Shown here in pieces: positions 25,067 to 36,002 of a stretch of 36,002 nucleotides of DNA (positions are counted from its first letter, which is position 1; the number at the start of each line of letters is the position of its first letter). This DNA is from Bigelowiella natans CCMP2755 (taxonomy: Eukaryota > Protista > Cercozoa): contig ADNK01002780.1 of the NCBI GenBank assembly GCA_000320545.1, positions 1 through 36,002 on the forward strand, given 5' to 3'. The notes below the pieces were generated by a model, which saw only the letters and a program-made list of their open reading frames with translations, was not told the DNA's origin and did not search any database. The position numbers and the translations under genes were made by a program.

Positions 25067-26910
25067 ATGATGGCGACCATTTCGGCCTCCCATCCCCTCT
25101 ATCTCCTTCCCCTCTTAGCTAGTCTAACGCAGATCCCGTCTACCGGAGCAGAGCAAACATTCAATTATGAGCAAAATATGGAAGAAGTGGCCAGTCCCCG
25201 GCGATGCTCAGTTTGCGCTTCGCTGGACTCAGTGCCAGTTGACCTACTCATGAAGAAAAAAATGTTTATTCCTAAATTCAATTCGAAAGAGGACGTCGCA
25301 TGTAAAAGAGAACACCCCGCCGCTACACTTTTCCAAAGACAATTAAGCTATCTGAAGAGCCCAAAATGCAACTTGCATAGACACTTCAGGTTGGAAGCAT
25401 TAATCATTCCCATTTTGATTCTGGCTGATCAACGTGGTTTGCTGTTAGACCTCGTGCCATGGAAAATGGTTTTGGTGCTACCATGATGTCTCTTGTCAAG
25501 GTATTTTTTAAAATATTCCCTCTCGACGCACTTCACACATCATAGAGTATCTTATGCTAAAACATGTTTATTAATTATCAACAGCCAACAATGCACGCAT
25601 TGACCTATGGATACTGTATCGACAAGCCAGCTCAATTTAAAATGTGGTCCAGCAAGAAATGTGCAGGATGGGAATGTTTCTTTGCAGAAGTTGGACAACC
25701 AAATATTACTGGTTCTGCGGATCTTCTTGCTGCGAAAGAGGGACAAGCTCACCACATTTCTGCAACCAGCTTTGTACGTAAATTTTACTCAATATTTTGG
25801 ATGGATAATAGAGTTAAGGGGGGGAGTAGAGAGAGGTTGAATCACTGCATCGTGGTAAGGGAGTTACAGATTACGATTTGGGTTTTGGCGCTCTTTCTTT
25901 ATAATATCAATGTTTCATCGACAACATTAATTAACGAGGACTACGCACCAACCCTCAGCTGTCGGAGCGTCTAGATGACAAGGCAGACTGCATTCCATGG
26001 TGGGAAGTACAGTACGATACCGACGATGACAAGAACGGTAAATTCACCTCTCATTGATAAGTCTCCCTGATGTGATCGAGCATCCTTAATGAAATACGGA
26101 TATGTTCAATCTTCTTAGCCCCGCTTCAAGAAATGTGTGCTGTGCAATTTTCACACAAGCTCCTGGGCGATGGTGTGCTCCCTCCCGCTTTCCAGACTAA
26201 GGTATCGAAAGTCAAATATAGAATGTTTTTATAGTCTACACACTAGATAGATGATTGAAAACTATAACGCCCTCGTTTGAATCTATTAGGGTCATTTCTT
26301 CACTGTTTCGCAAATCACCGCTGGTCTTTTCGAGCTTGCCCCAAGTGTCCAAAAACGTATTGAGGATAAGAAACAGCGTCTCGGGTGGCCAAAGAATTCA
26401 CCACTCATTGGACTTCATGTGCGTCTAGGTGACGCCTGCATCAAATCAGAGCATGGAATCGGTGAGCATGGAAGAAAATGCAACCAGCTCGTGGACTTCA
26501 TGCAGCACGTGCGCAAAATTTCCAACGAATATTCTATCAAAAATATCTATCTAGCCACAGATAGTGAAGGCGTACTTAATGATACTCGTCAGTACCCGCA
26601 GTACAACTGGTTCTTTGATCGGACCACGCGCCGTGGGGGAGTTTTGGACAGGAAATCCATCGAGTATTCCCTTAGCCACAAGCTAATTGATGGGTACGAT
26701 GAAGGATTGGGTGTCATTGATGACGTATTCCTGCTCGCTGAGACACACGCCCTAATCGGAAAATTTACAAGTAACATTGATCGTGTTGCCTACCAGTTGA
26801 TGACTGGGCAGAGCAACTGCTACAAGCCTTACGTTTCTCTCGATTCTACATGGTGTTTTGACCACGGTCTCAAGTCCGGTCATAGTGACTTTGGGCCATT
26901 CTGGTGTTAA
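25067..26910 (+). CDS. Alpha-(1,6)-fucosyltransferase-like glycosyltransferase (GT23, FUT8/NodZ family), multi-exon
   Basis: N-terminal hydrophobic segment, then ENGFGATMMSLVK, GWECFFAEV, motif I PLIGLHVRLGDAC, motif II IYLATDS, motif III DDVFLLAETHALIGKFTSNIDRVAYQLM, and PYVSLD. Confidence 0.88.
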
Positions 26911-27299
26911 GCTGGCTTGCTAAGAGAGCAAGCAACTGCAAGATACGAAGAACATGGAGCAATAGCCCTGGAGACATCATTACCACCCTAGTCATGCCGG
27001 CCGGCAAATCCCTTACTTTTTCCACCTCCTTCTATCAGTCTCCATTCAAAAATACTATTAGCTTTACTGATCAGTGGACAAATGAGACCTGTAACAATAC
27101 AACATTCCACTCAGCTTCGAGGATAAAATACCTCGGGATGATGAACAATTGTTGTAAACCAGTGAAAGGCCTATCATTGGAACGAGACTCGTCATTGGAG
27201 TCCAACACCGCTATGCTGCGTTTAGAGTTTTAAAAAACAACTCGACTATGTGCAGGACATCCGCGCAAGGCAATTTAAGCACCAATAAATGATTATTCA

Positions 27300-29200
27300 C
27301 CATGAAATAATTGCATTTGCATGCATTTCATGCCACCTGACACGTGTGCGAAAGCAATGTTTCATTGTGCGCCATTTTCATCGCTCGCATCGCACGTGCA
27401 AGGAAAATGACTATCGTCATCACATCACGAGCTAGATGAGCTCAGAACATCCACTCCTAATTCATGGATTGGCCAACACCTCTAGCTAGCTAGACCCATT
27501 CTAGCATTCGTTTGTACGCACAGCACACATCGCATTTTCAAAGCCACATTTTGCATTGTGGCGCGATGTGATGTTCGATGAGCAGCTAGCACACGCAGGC
27601 ATCGCACAGCCAGCAGCACGGACAATCGTGCGCGCAGCTTCGATTCCCACCCGCACTGACAATTGCAGGGCCACATGTGCATTTGATTGCATGAAACACA
27701 TCGTAGCGGAGACCAACATCAGCGCCGTGTGCGCAGCGTGGCCCACAGTGGCGGCCGGTGCATGCATGTTGCACAGCTGTGCACGAGCGAGGAGGAGTAC
27801 ACGTTTGACAAATTTGCGATTCATTGATTCATCACATGGCATCCGTCTTGCATGAACATCGCACGCATGTGCGCGCCTGTGAAGCTCGTCCGCACACGAC
27901 ACAATGCAACGAACGCGAACAGCGCGCACCTCTAGACCTGCTGCAGGCATGTGTCAGTGCAAACTGTTCATGTTCAAAATCTAGAAAATTGCGAAGTCAA
28001 CACACACGGGCGGCAACTTCTCTAGCAGCGAAGGGTGCCGGCGCACAGGTGTCACACACAACACTTCCATCTTGATTGAGTGCACAGTGCAAGAAGCGGG
28101 AGTGTTTGGAACGAAAAACTTTTCTTCAAGTGTTCTCGAAGTGCTTTTGAGCGCTTTTTCAGTGCACCCAATCTGGCAATGTGTGCTGTGCCACCCTCGC
28201 AGCGCAGCACGCTGGCACAAACTTTGCGTGCGCTTGTTCAACGAAGCCTCAGCGCCGAGACCACACTAGCAGGAGACTCGGTCGTGTCGATGGCGATTTC
28301 AACGTGACTTTCTGGTGCAGAGCAGAAGTTTGATCAGAGCGTGTCAGTTTGACTTCGCGCAATGATCACTGTTTTCTGGTTTTTTGGGTTTTGCACGGCT
28401 TGCACGTCATTGTTTCACTTGTGGAGCGGCAAGGTCGATCTTGCTAGCTTGGCAGTGGCACTCAAGCACTGAAGCTTGTCTCGACACGTCACAAGCACTC
28501 GCCCCAACTAGCCAACCTAGCAACCGCTCCAGCGCCGAAGGACGCCCCGACCGCACCACACGCGATGCGCGCCAGGCAAGATGGGAGGTGTCAACGTGAC
28601 ATCCATGAAAAAGTCAGTTGTTCACTTGTCCACCCGAGCCCAGCGAGGTTGCGATGCTCGCATGCGGATCACATCGATGAACTGACGATGGATCCATCGA
28701 GCACACCGAGAAGAGTTCTCGAGACTGAGAACAGCAACACTTCAATTCAAACATTCTTTTTTTTTCATGTGTTTCAAATGAGCACTTCAAATCATCCGGT
28801 AGTGGCATTCTTCTTGACACATGAATGCCCAACCCTCTCAATCAAAGGAATTCAAGGTCACACCTTCAAACCTCAGTGAAACTCTGCTGCCAGAAAGAGA
28901 GAGCTCGAATTCATTGAAATGAAACACGAGGGGGAAAAAAACACCAAGTGAGGGTGGGATGATGATGACGCAGGTCGTTTTTGAATTACGACGCAACATG
29001 AACAGCATTTTCCTGCGCTTGGGAGTTGAGTTGGTCACTAAGCTGCGATCTACTGCGCAAAACTTTCGGAAAAATGCCAAGGAGCTTTTCAGACCGTTCA
29101 GCATCGCCGGGGCAGCATGCAATCTCCATTTTTGGCCTGGAAATTTTGATTAGAGGCAAAAGATTTTAGCTGTTTCTAGGTGATAGAGACGCATTGAGAA
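27300..29200. repeat. TpA-depleted degenerate repeat island B (probable decayed transposable element)
   Basis: Manual count over 27841-28980 gives 8 TA dinucleotides in 1140 bp, 7 of them in CTAG. CpG is abundant. The island ends at an A-run at about 29204-29216. Confidence 0.7.
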
Positions 29201-29302
29201 CACTAAAAAAAAAAAAGGAGCAAGTTCATGTTCTGATATTTGTTCATGCCCATCTCCAACAAATTTCGAGCAATCCGAAGCTACAATCCAATTGCCCCCA
29301 TC

Positions 29303-31075
29303 ATGATTTTCCTGACTTTGTTCTCATTCGCCGTTCCCGCTCTAGGAAATTGGGCTAGACAGCAACAATCTCTTGTTAGCACCTACACCCAATGCACTGT
29401 TGTTCCATCGATTGACTGGGAGGGCTTCCCATTTGGAACGGTGATCACAAACCAGTTCGACGGGGTAACGATCAGAGCAAGGAAGAATCCTGGCAACATC
29501 GAAACTGCAGCGATGATCTTTGATAGTGGCACTCCAACAGGAGAAGACCCTGACCTTGGAACAGTGAATCAAGGTAACATCTTGATCATTAGCGAGGACA
29601 ACAATTCCAATGATCCAGGTATGTGAATTTGCGTAATTTATTTTCTACGAAGTTCATTCATCATATTGTGTAGATGACAACGCCCATGGAGGAAGATTCA
29701 TATTTACTTTCTGCAAACCGACTCCAGTCACTTCCATTACCTTCATTGATATTGAGGAGCCTGGTGGACTTGTAAGTTCGTGCACAAGTTTTACATACTA
29801 AAATAGGAAATGTATTTTTCACCACATGTGAAACGTGAAACTATCTGCAGATCAGATGTATCAGTGCTGAACCTGTCATCGAAGTACCTATCGAAGCACC
29901 TGGCAACAACTCAGTGAACACTCAAGTGCTAAACCTTCCTGGCTGCGACAGACTAATTGTGAGATTGGTTGGGTCTGGTGCAATCAGCGATATGGTATTC
30001 GCTGGGGATTCAGGGATGAATGGAGACCCCATGATTACCACTTTTGGTGGAAACACGTTCCAAACAAAGAGCACTGGGGAGTACCTAAACTCTCATTGGG
30101 GAGAGAATGATCCTCAGTGGGGAAGAAACAAGATCACCTCATGTGTCCAGCCTGCACTCGGCCGTCACAGTTACACCAAAGCTGTTTCATACAAATGTAA
30201 GCACACCACTATGATTGCCCATTTGTCAAAGACTACACTTGATACTTGGCAGTCGCAGAAAGACTCAACTACTGTAAGTTTTTTGTGATGACTTAAAAAT
30301 ATCCTTGCATGACAAATTATCATTTTCAGTTCAATGTTTATTACTTTGATCACGCCTCTGGAAAATTCCTCAATGATACCGGAGATTTCATGGGTGAAGC
30401 ACCAAAGCCAGCGGGTTAAACATCATTAGTCGTGTGAGGATTCACCGTAGCGAGTTACCAATCATTTGTTACGATCAGAATACCATCGTACGAACTACTT
30501 CTCCTGCACGGAAGATTCAAAAGTTCAACTTCAAGTTGGCGTTGCACGCACTCATTTCCAACCGAAGAAGACCCATGTAATTATGCGTGTATCATAATCA
30601 TGTTTTTGTTGAAATTCAATGTTTCGTTTTTGTTGCTGAATGGTTGAACAGTACGCACCAATGATGCAAATGAAGCTCAGTCTAAAACCTAGTTCTCGTG
30701 GAGATTATCCCAAGGTCTATGGCGGTCTTTCTCAGACGCCTGTGTACTCTGACAATTTCAAGGCTGGAGTATTCTTATCTGGTCCAGAAATTACAAAAAA
30801 AGTGTGCGAATGTTAAGTTGAAAGACACGTTTTTATGTTATCATAGGCCCAAACGTGCACAACAACGTTCATTGCAGCGCTGATGGTATGTCTTTCGAAG
30901 ATGCTATGAATTCCAATCCTTGCGGGCCTGAATCTTGGATGATCAATCCAAAACATAGCATCTTTTCCAAGCTTGGTAAATCATACTCATAATCATTCAA
31001 CAATGTTCTGTTTCTAAAATTATTGTGTGCTCAGCCAAACACAAGGGAGAAGCTTACATTGAACGTTGCGAGTAA
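29303..31075 (+). CDS. Secreted protein with an N-terminal beta-sandwich-like domain plus a von Willebrand D (VWD)-like domain, multi-exon
   Basis: Signal peptide MIFLTLFSFAVPALG. Domain AAMIFDSGTPTGEDPDLG..GNILIISEDNNSNDP|DDNAHGG..FTF..PTPVTSITFIDIEE..LIVRLVGSGAISDMVF. It is followed by GDPMITTFGG (VWD GDPH..TFDG) and a late SWMINPKHSIF. Last exon ends YIERCE*. Confidence 0.75.
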
Positions 31076-31283
31076 AAATTAGGAAGAGATTTAATCAGTA
31101 CCATCCATGCAGGAATGAGAAATTTTCCCAATATCTCATCAATGCCAACGACGGGCGAATAAACTATGAACATTTAATGTACTGAATTATAACCACGCGT
31201 ATCATTTAATAATAAAAAATAAATACTCATATAGCTTTAATAATGAGCTGACTTTCTGCATTACCTGACAATGACTATCTATA

Positions 31284-31580
31284 ATTGTGGTCAAGTGTGA
31301 CAACGTGCAGCGCACTACTAGCATCTCATTCTTTGAGCTCTGCGCATTTGTGATAGCCGCACTCTGCATGATAGACATGTAATACAATGTATATATTATG
31401 TATAGAGTATTACTGTGTCTATCGTCTGCATCATTGTGGTTAAGTGTGACAACGTGCAGCGCACTACTAGCATCTCATTCTTTGAGCTCTGTGCATTTGT
31501 GATAGCCGCACTCTGCATGATAGACATGTAATACAATGTATACTAGTATGTGTTATGTATGGAGTATTACTGTGTCTATC
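31284..31580 (+). repeat. Two-copy tandem duplication, period about 149 bp
   Basis: attgtggt(c/t)aagtgtgacaacgtgcagcgcactactagcatctc...tactgtgtctatc starts at 31284 and again at 31433. Confidence 0.95.
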
Positions 31581-31599
31581 ATTTTGAGACCGGACACAT

Positions 31600-32290
31600 G
31601 AAAGCTTCTTTGCAACGCGAAGTCATCAAGCTAGCTAGCTAGAGCATCAACATCTCACAACAAATTGAGCTTTTTGGACTGTGCAGCTGTCGATAAGTCA
31701 TCTAAATCTAGACGTGCTAGCTAGCGCTAGCTAGCTAGAGCGTGACGCGTCAACGTGTGGTAGCCACACAACTAGACAATCTAGCAATGCATTCAGATTC
31801 GCTCAATCGCTTGTCCAACCTAGCATCATTAATTGTCCTACTTCCATTTCAATCCTGCAAACATCTCTACCAGATTAGTAGATGCACGATACTGACACGT
31901 CTAGACCTAGCGACCTAGCTAGCTAGAGCTAGGTACATGTGATTGTCGTGGTTCATGCTCATCTAGTCATGGACAGACACAGCTAGACATACAGGCCACA
32001 CACGCGTTAAAAAAGTAGACGGATGCACAGATCGATGCAAAGCTCCTAAGCGGCATGCAAACTATGCTACATTTAGATATGTGATGTTATGCTTGCTATG
32101 GCCATGATGTGTGTCGCGCATGTACCAGCGCAAGCTGGTAATTTTGATGCAGATTCAGCTAGCCAGTGAATGGAGGATAGAGATGTTCAACAATGAACAC
32201 ATGACCATTTTGCATCACTCCTCTCTGTCTGGATAACCAGAATTCGCTCGTGCTAGCAGCAGACTGTGCCAAAATGAACAATGCATTTAG
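31600..32290. repeat. TpA-depleted / (CTAG)n-rich degenerate island C
   Basis: gctagctagctagag and ctagctagcgctagctagctag runs at 31630-31740 and 31900-31935. CATG/TGCA-rich. Confidence 0.6.
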
Positions 32291-32294
32291 ACAT

Positions 32295-33479
32295 TCATCG
32301 AAGATCCGGGAAGGAGCGTTGCTGTGCACTTTTCAGATGAGGCGCCAGTGCAACCTTAGCCATCGTTGGAGTAAGTACCATGCTATCTCCTTCGGGTTTC
32401 ATTGCTCTCGGTTCAATGTCCATTTTGGATTCAGGTGGCTCAGCGAGGCCTGAAATTCTGTGCTGCAACAAATCAGGATTGCTCCTTTTTTGCCCTAATA
32501 GATTTTCCTCTCTGTGCTTCTCCTCCTCGGCCTTCTTCGATTCTTCGCGGTCCTTCTGAGCGCGCCACTCCCTCATTTCGTCGATCGTGAAGGGTTCCTC
32601 GACGCCATCGTCAGCACTATTCTCTGGAAAGCTAGACAGGGGTTGAACTACGTGCAAATTCGAAACATCTTTGCCCAGAGCAACCTATTTTTTAGTAGCA
32701 TCAACGATTGTGAACTGGGGAGGCCGGGCATAGGATCCATCAAATCCACCAACACATACTATTTTGAAGATGATGCCTTTCTTGGCCATCAAAACCACTT
32801 AGTCTATGCTAGAAAATCCTAAGAAGGAAAATACCCGAAACGAGTTTTTTTCAAAGATCATTGAACATGATAAATCACGCGGCATCTCAAAAAAAATTTT
32901 TCTTTTCGGAAAAACTACTCATATCGGTTTTGTTCGTGTCAATGGACGTCCTCTATTTATTTGTTACCAGTTCATGATACTTCTTGTTGTATGCGAGCTT
33001 CGCTATTTGGTACCACGAGACGAATATATCGTACATCTTTGGGTGCGAGAACTTCAGTCGACTAGGTGTGGCATCAAAGAGGAATGTTAACAGGCCATAT
33101 TCTTCATTATCGTCTGTATCTCGCATCTTTGTGTTTAATAGTGCAGTGCTATTCTCGCACCAGGAGGCACTTGCAATCAGAAGAATCGAATGAGTTGCAT
33201 TGTGTGTTAGTGCATCGTATTGTGCAGTGAAAAGGTTGGCAAGAGAGAGAGGGGGGGAAGGGGAGGGGGGGGGGGGGAGGGAGGTGGTGATAATTCAAAT
33301 AAAGACCATCCGGGCTTCAGCTTGAGCTCCAAATTTTCAATAGCCTCACGCACCTGAGACAAGCGAGGGGCAAAGCACATGCTTATAACATGAAGAACAC
33401 AAGGTATTGATCGTCATTCTCCGTGAAAAAAAAAGTAAAAGGCTGCAACCGCTTTGCTTATTATATATAATATTATATG

Positions 33480-33518
<39 letters not shown>

Positions 33519-35123
33519 TATTTGTATTCCATGCGTCGCGTCAGTCCTATTATATTCTTCTCTCCCACAACTACTTCACCAGTAAATAGAGAGAGAGAGT
33601 GGTGTATGCTACCTCCCTTTTGGAGACGTGCGGCAATGGGGGCCCGAACGCCGGCCGATTCTCCTCTCGGCGAGGTTTTAATCTCAACAGCGCTTTCCTT
33701 CGCGCTTTTTTGGTCGGGTGCCCTGCCCCCTCTTTCGCAGTTTCTTGCTGCTCCCCACCCTCCGCATCGATGACCTCATCGACAGCGTCATCGTACACCA
33801 TCGACGCATCTGGGAGGGGGCGGGGGAGGGGGACCGACAAGCAGAGTTATTTTAGGTGAGGTTCAGTTAAGCAAGATTCATCCCACATCGGTGGAAGAAC
33901 TCTATACGAAGTGATGACTACCAATGTCGTTCTCATACTCATAGTTTTCGGAATCGCCATCATCGTCGTCGTCACTGCCTCCCTGAGACTCGCTGATTAT
34001 TTATTAATAGGGAAGTGTAGAGAGGGGGGGGGGGGGATGAAGTGAGTTAGCACGATAACAAATCAGCGTTCGTTACATATTAAATAGCAATAATTATTCG
34101 TGTGTTATCTACCCCGAAGCGCATTTCGAGACGATGTCTTCTACGACGCCCCCTGCATCGATCTCCATCTTCCCACCACCACAAAAATAGATAACAGTCA
34201 ACAAGGTTAGTTCAGCCAACTTGTGCGCAATCCGATGTTTGTTAGGAAATAGAAGAAGAAGAAGAAGAAGAAGATGATGATGAAGAAGAAGAAGAAGAGA
34301 AAGGAGGAGGAGGAGGAGGAGGAAGAGGAGAGCCATGGCAAAAAAGGCAAATTGTAGAGAGAAAAAAAGGAACGAGCAGCAGTAACACGTAGTCCTTTGA
34401 TGACCTTTTCTTCTTCACTGTATTCATAATTTTGGCCATCTTCGTCAGCATTATCACTAACGACATTGTCGCGGGGATCGGCATGAATGCCATCCGGCAC
34501 GATTCGCGCCAAATGGCCGCTCTTTCTCCCGCTTTGCAAGCATCTTGACACTAACTCCTGCGCTTTGTCTACCCGCTAGAAAATATTGCAGGAGGGAGGA
34601 GTCATATTGAGAGGATGTGAGCGGGAGGGGGGGTAAGCTATATGACTAAGTTCTCGATTTCCCCCGTTTTGCCGCAGCATTGATATTCTTTCCCTTCTTC
34701 TCTCCTCCACCTCATTACCATCAGCCTTGTCGTCTTCACCAAGATCTCAAATGGAAGGTCGGCCTCGCAAAATTGCTCGTACCATCTGCCCATGCGTGAT
34801 GATGATGATGATGATGAAAGTGAGAAGGAATATATTGGGAGAAAGGAGGGATGGGATTCAGGGGGGGGGGTAAGTTAGCAAGTATATCGTATATGCTGGC
34901 ACAGCAATGTCTCCTACGACACACCGGCCGCACCTTGTCGCATTTGCAGCTTGGTCATTAATCTGCACTAATTCATCGCCCCTGGAGCAATGAATGAAAT
35001 GAGGGGTGGGGGGGTAGGGGGGGGACAAGAATATGATAAGCACGAAGTATAAGAAATGTAGACACTTATTGTTTGTGTATAGGTAGTTGCTGTGTGTATT
35101 CGACTCTGTTTTGCTCTTTCGTC

Positions 35124-35170
<47 letters not shown>

Positions 35171-35494
35171 TCTTCTCTCCTTTTCTCCATCCATCGCATT
35201 ATTACTTCCTCAGATTTCTCTCCTTGGCGGTCTCTGACACTTGCCACAACTCCAGAGAGCCTTATGACAAGGTGAGAGGAAGTGGGGAGGGAACATAGAA
35301 GGAGGATGAGAGACACTCAAGCGAAGACGGATAGCGGCGGTGAGAGATAATGCAGCAATTCTATCAAGGTTCTAAGAACGACAATACTTTTATTTCTAGG
35401 GTGCATAGTGAGGCCAAACGGACGCTCGGTGACCAAAACACGACGAAGAACGTTGATGCGAGCCTGGAGAGAAGAGAAGAAGAAGAAGAAGAAG

Positions 35495-35525
<31 letters not shown>

Positions 35526-35894
35526 TGCAGTGATGGAAGTTGTTGTGGTTGTTGGTGAGCAGTTGCGATGTAGTTATGAAATGGGGGCTGAAATCACAAG
35601 AGCAAAGTATGGCTTGTATTCGAGGTAGAGCATATTGAATGGTATACATACATTTTCATTTTTATACACACATATAAAATATATATTTTCTATATATGTA
35701 TATATATTAATATATGAATGTGTGTGTTGTGTGTGGAGTGTGTTCATACACCAAAAAAATGCTCAGTAAATCTGCTCCGCCAATCTCCAACTTCAAAAGA
35801 GCATTACCATCGAGGGCATGGCCACAATGCGGATGTTCTTCGGTTTCAGTAGAAGGTCGTCCTTTCTGAGGCCATCTCGGGCAATGATCTCCAC
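32295..35894 (-). CDS. PDZ-domain protein, multi-exon, 5' end beyond the window. The 32295-33400 exons may belong to the same gene.
   Basis: Splices to RRVLVTERPFGLTMHPRNK|SSLELWQVSETAKERNLRK|GDELVQINDQAANATR|WYEQFCEADLPFEILVK (PDZ: PFG loop, L+xGD.LVxIN). Acidic low-complexity exons follow. Confidence 0.65.
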
Positions 35895-36002
35895 CTACAC
35901 AAAAAGAAAAAGGAGAGAGACAAGTCACGAAATCACGAAATAGCGCTCCAAAAAAAGGGGAAGGGAAGTGGGAGAAGGGGGGGGGGGGGGGGGGCTGTGC
36001 GA

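Noticed and set aside
27981-28241. GIY-YIG-like remnant (HSTHCQIGCTEK after back-mutation)
   Set aside because: Too short and dependent on assumed reversions. No catalytic context is recognisable.
27482-28879. Numerous overlapping Cys/His/Ala-rich ORFs as real genes
   Set aside because: They are explained by loss of TAA stops in TA-depleted DNA and show no domain similarity.
27300-29200. CpG-methylation decay or classical RIP as the cause of the TG/CA excess
   Set aside because: CpG is plentiful and TpA is the missing dinucleotide. RIP would increase TpA.
19850-32290. Helitron call based on frequent CTAG
   Set aside because: CTAGs are scattered and tandem rather than a single 3' terminus with a hairpin. 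No Rep/helicase remnants were recognised.
1-36002. CRISPR arrays, rRNA, tRNA, intact transposase or reverse transcriptase
   Set aside because: No repeat-spacer periodicity, RNA gene signature or catalytic motifs were seen.

Overview
Eukaryotic nuclear DNA with GT-AG introns and microsatellite-laden introns. The style suggests a protist or alga, possibly chlorarachniophyte-like, but that is only a guess. I reconstructed about ten protein genes by hand-splicing: a TH1-like/PH protein, a fascin-like beta-trefoil protein, a GGCT-family protein, a class IV aminotransferase, a SIL1-like ER nucleotide exchange factor, a TMEM184/OST-alpha-like transporter, an intronless GDP-sugar transporter divergent from a GT23 (FUT8-like) fucosyltransferase, a secreted VWD-containing protein and a PDZ protein. 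The most striking signal is non-coding. Several kb-scale intergenic islands (about 19.85-21.85 kb, 27.3-29.2 kb and 31.2-32.3 kb, with weaker patches at 6.3-6.6 and 11.9-12.7 kb) have lost most or almost all TpA dinucleotides except inside CTAG. They are rich in TG/CA and keep abundant CpG. A 149-bp tandem duplicate differs between copies almost only by TA vs TG/CA. This points to a targeted, RIP-like A:T->G:C hypermutation of repeats at TpA that spares CTAG. Exon boundaries were read by eye and are approximate.
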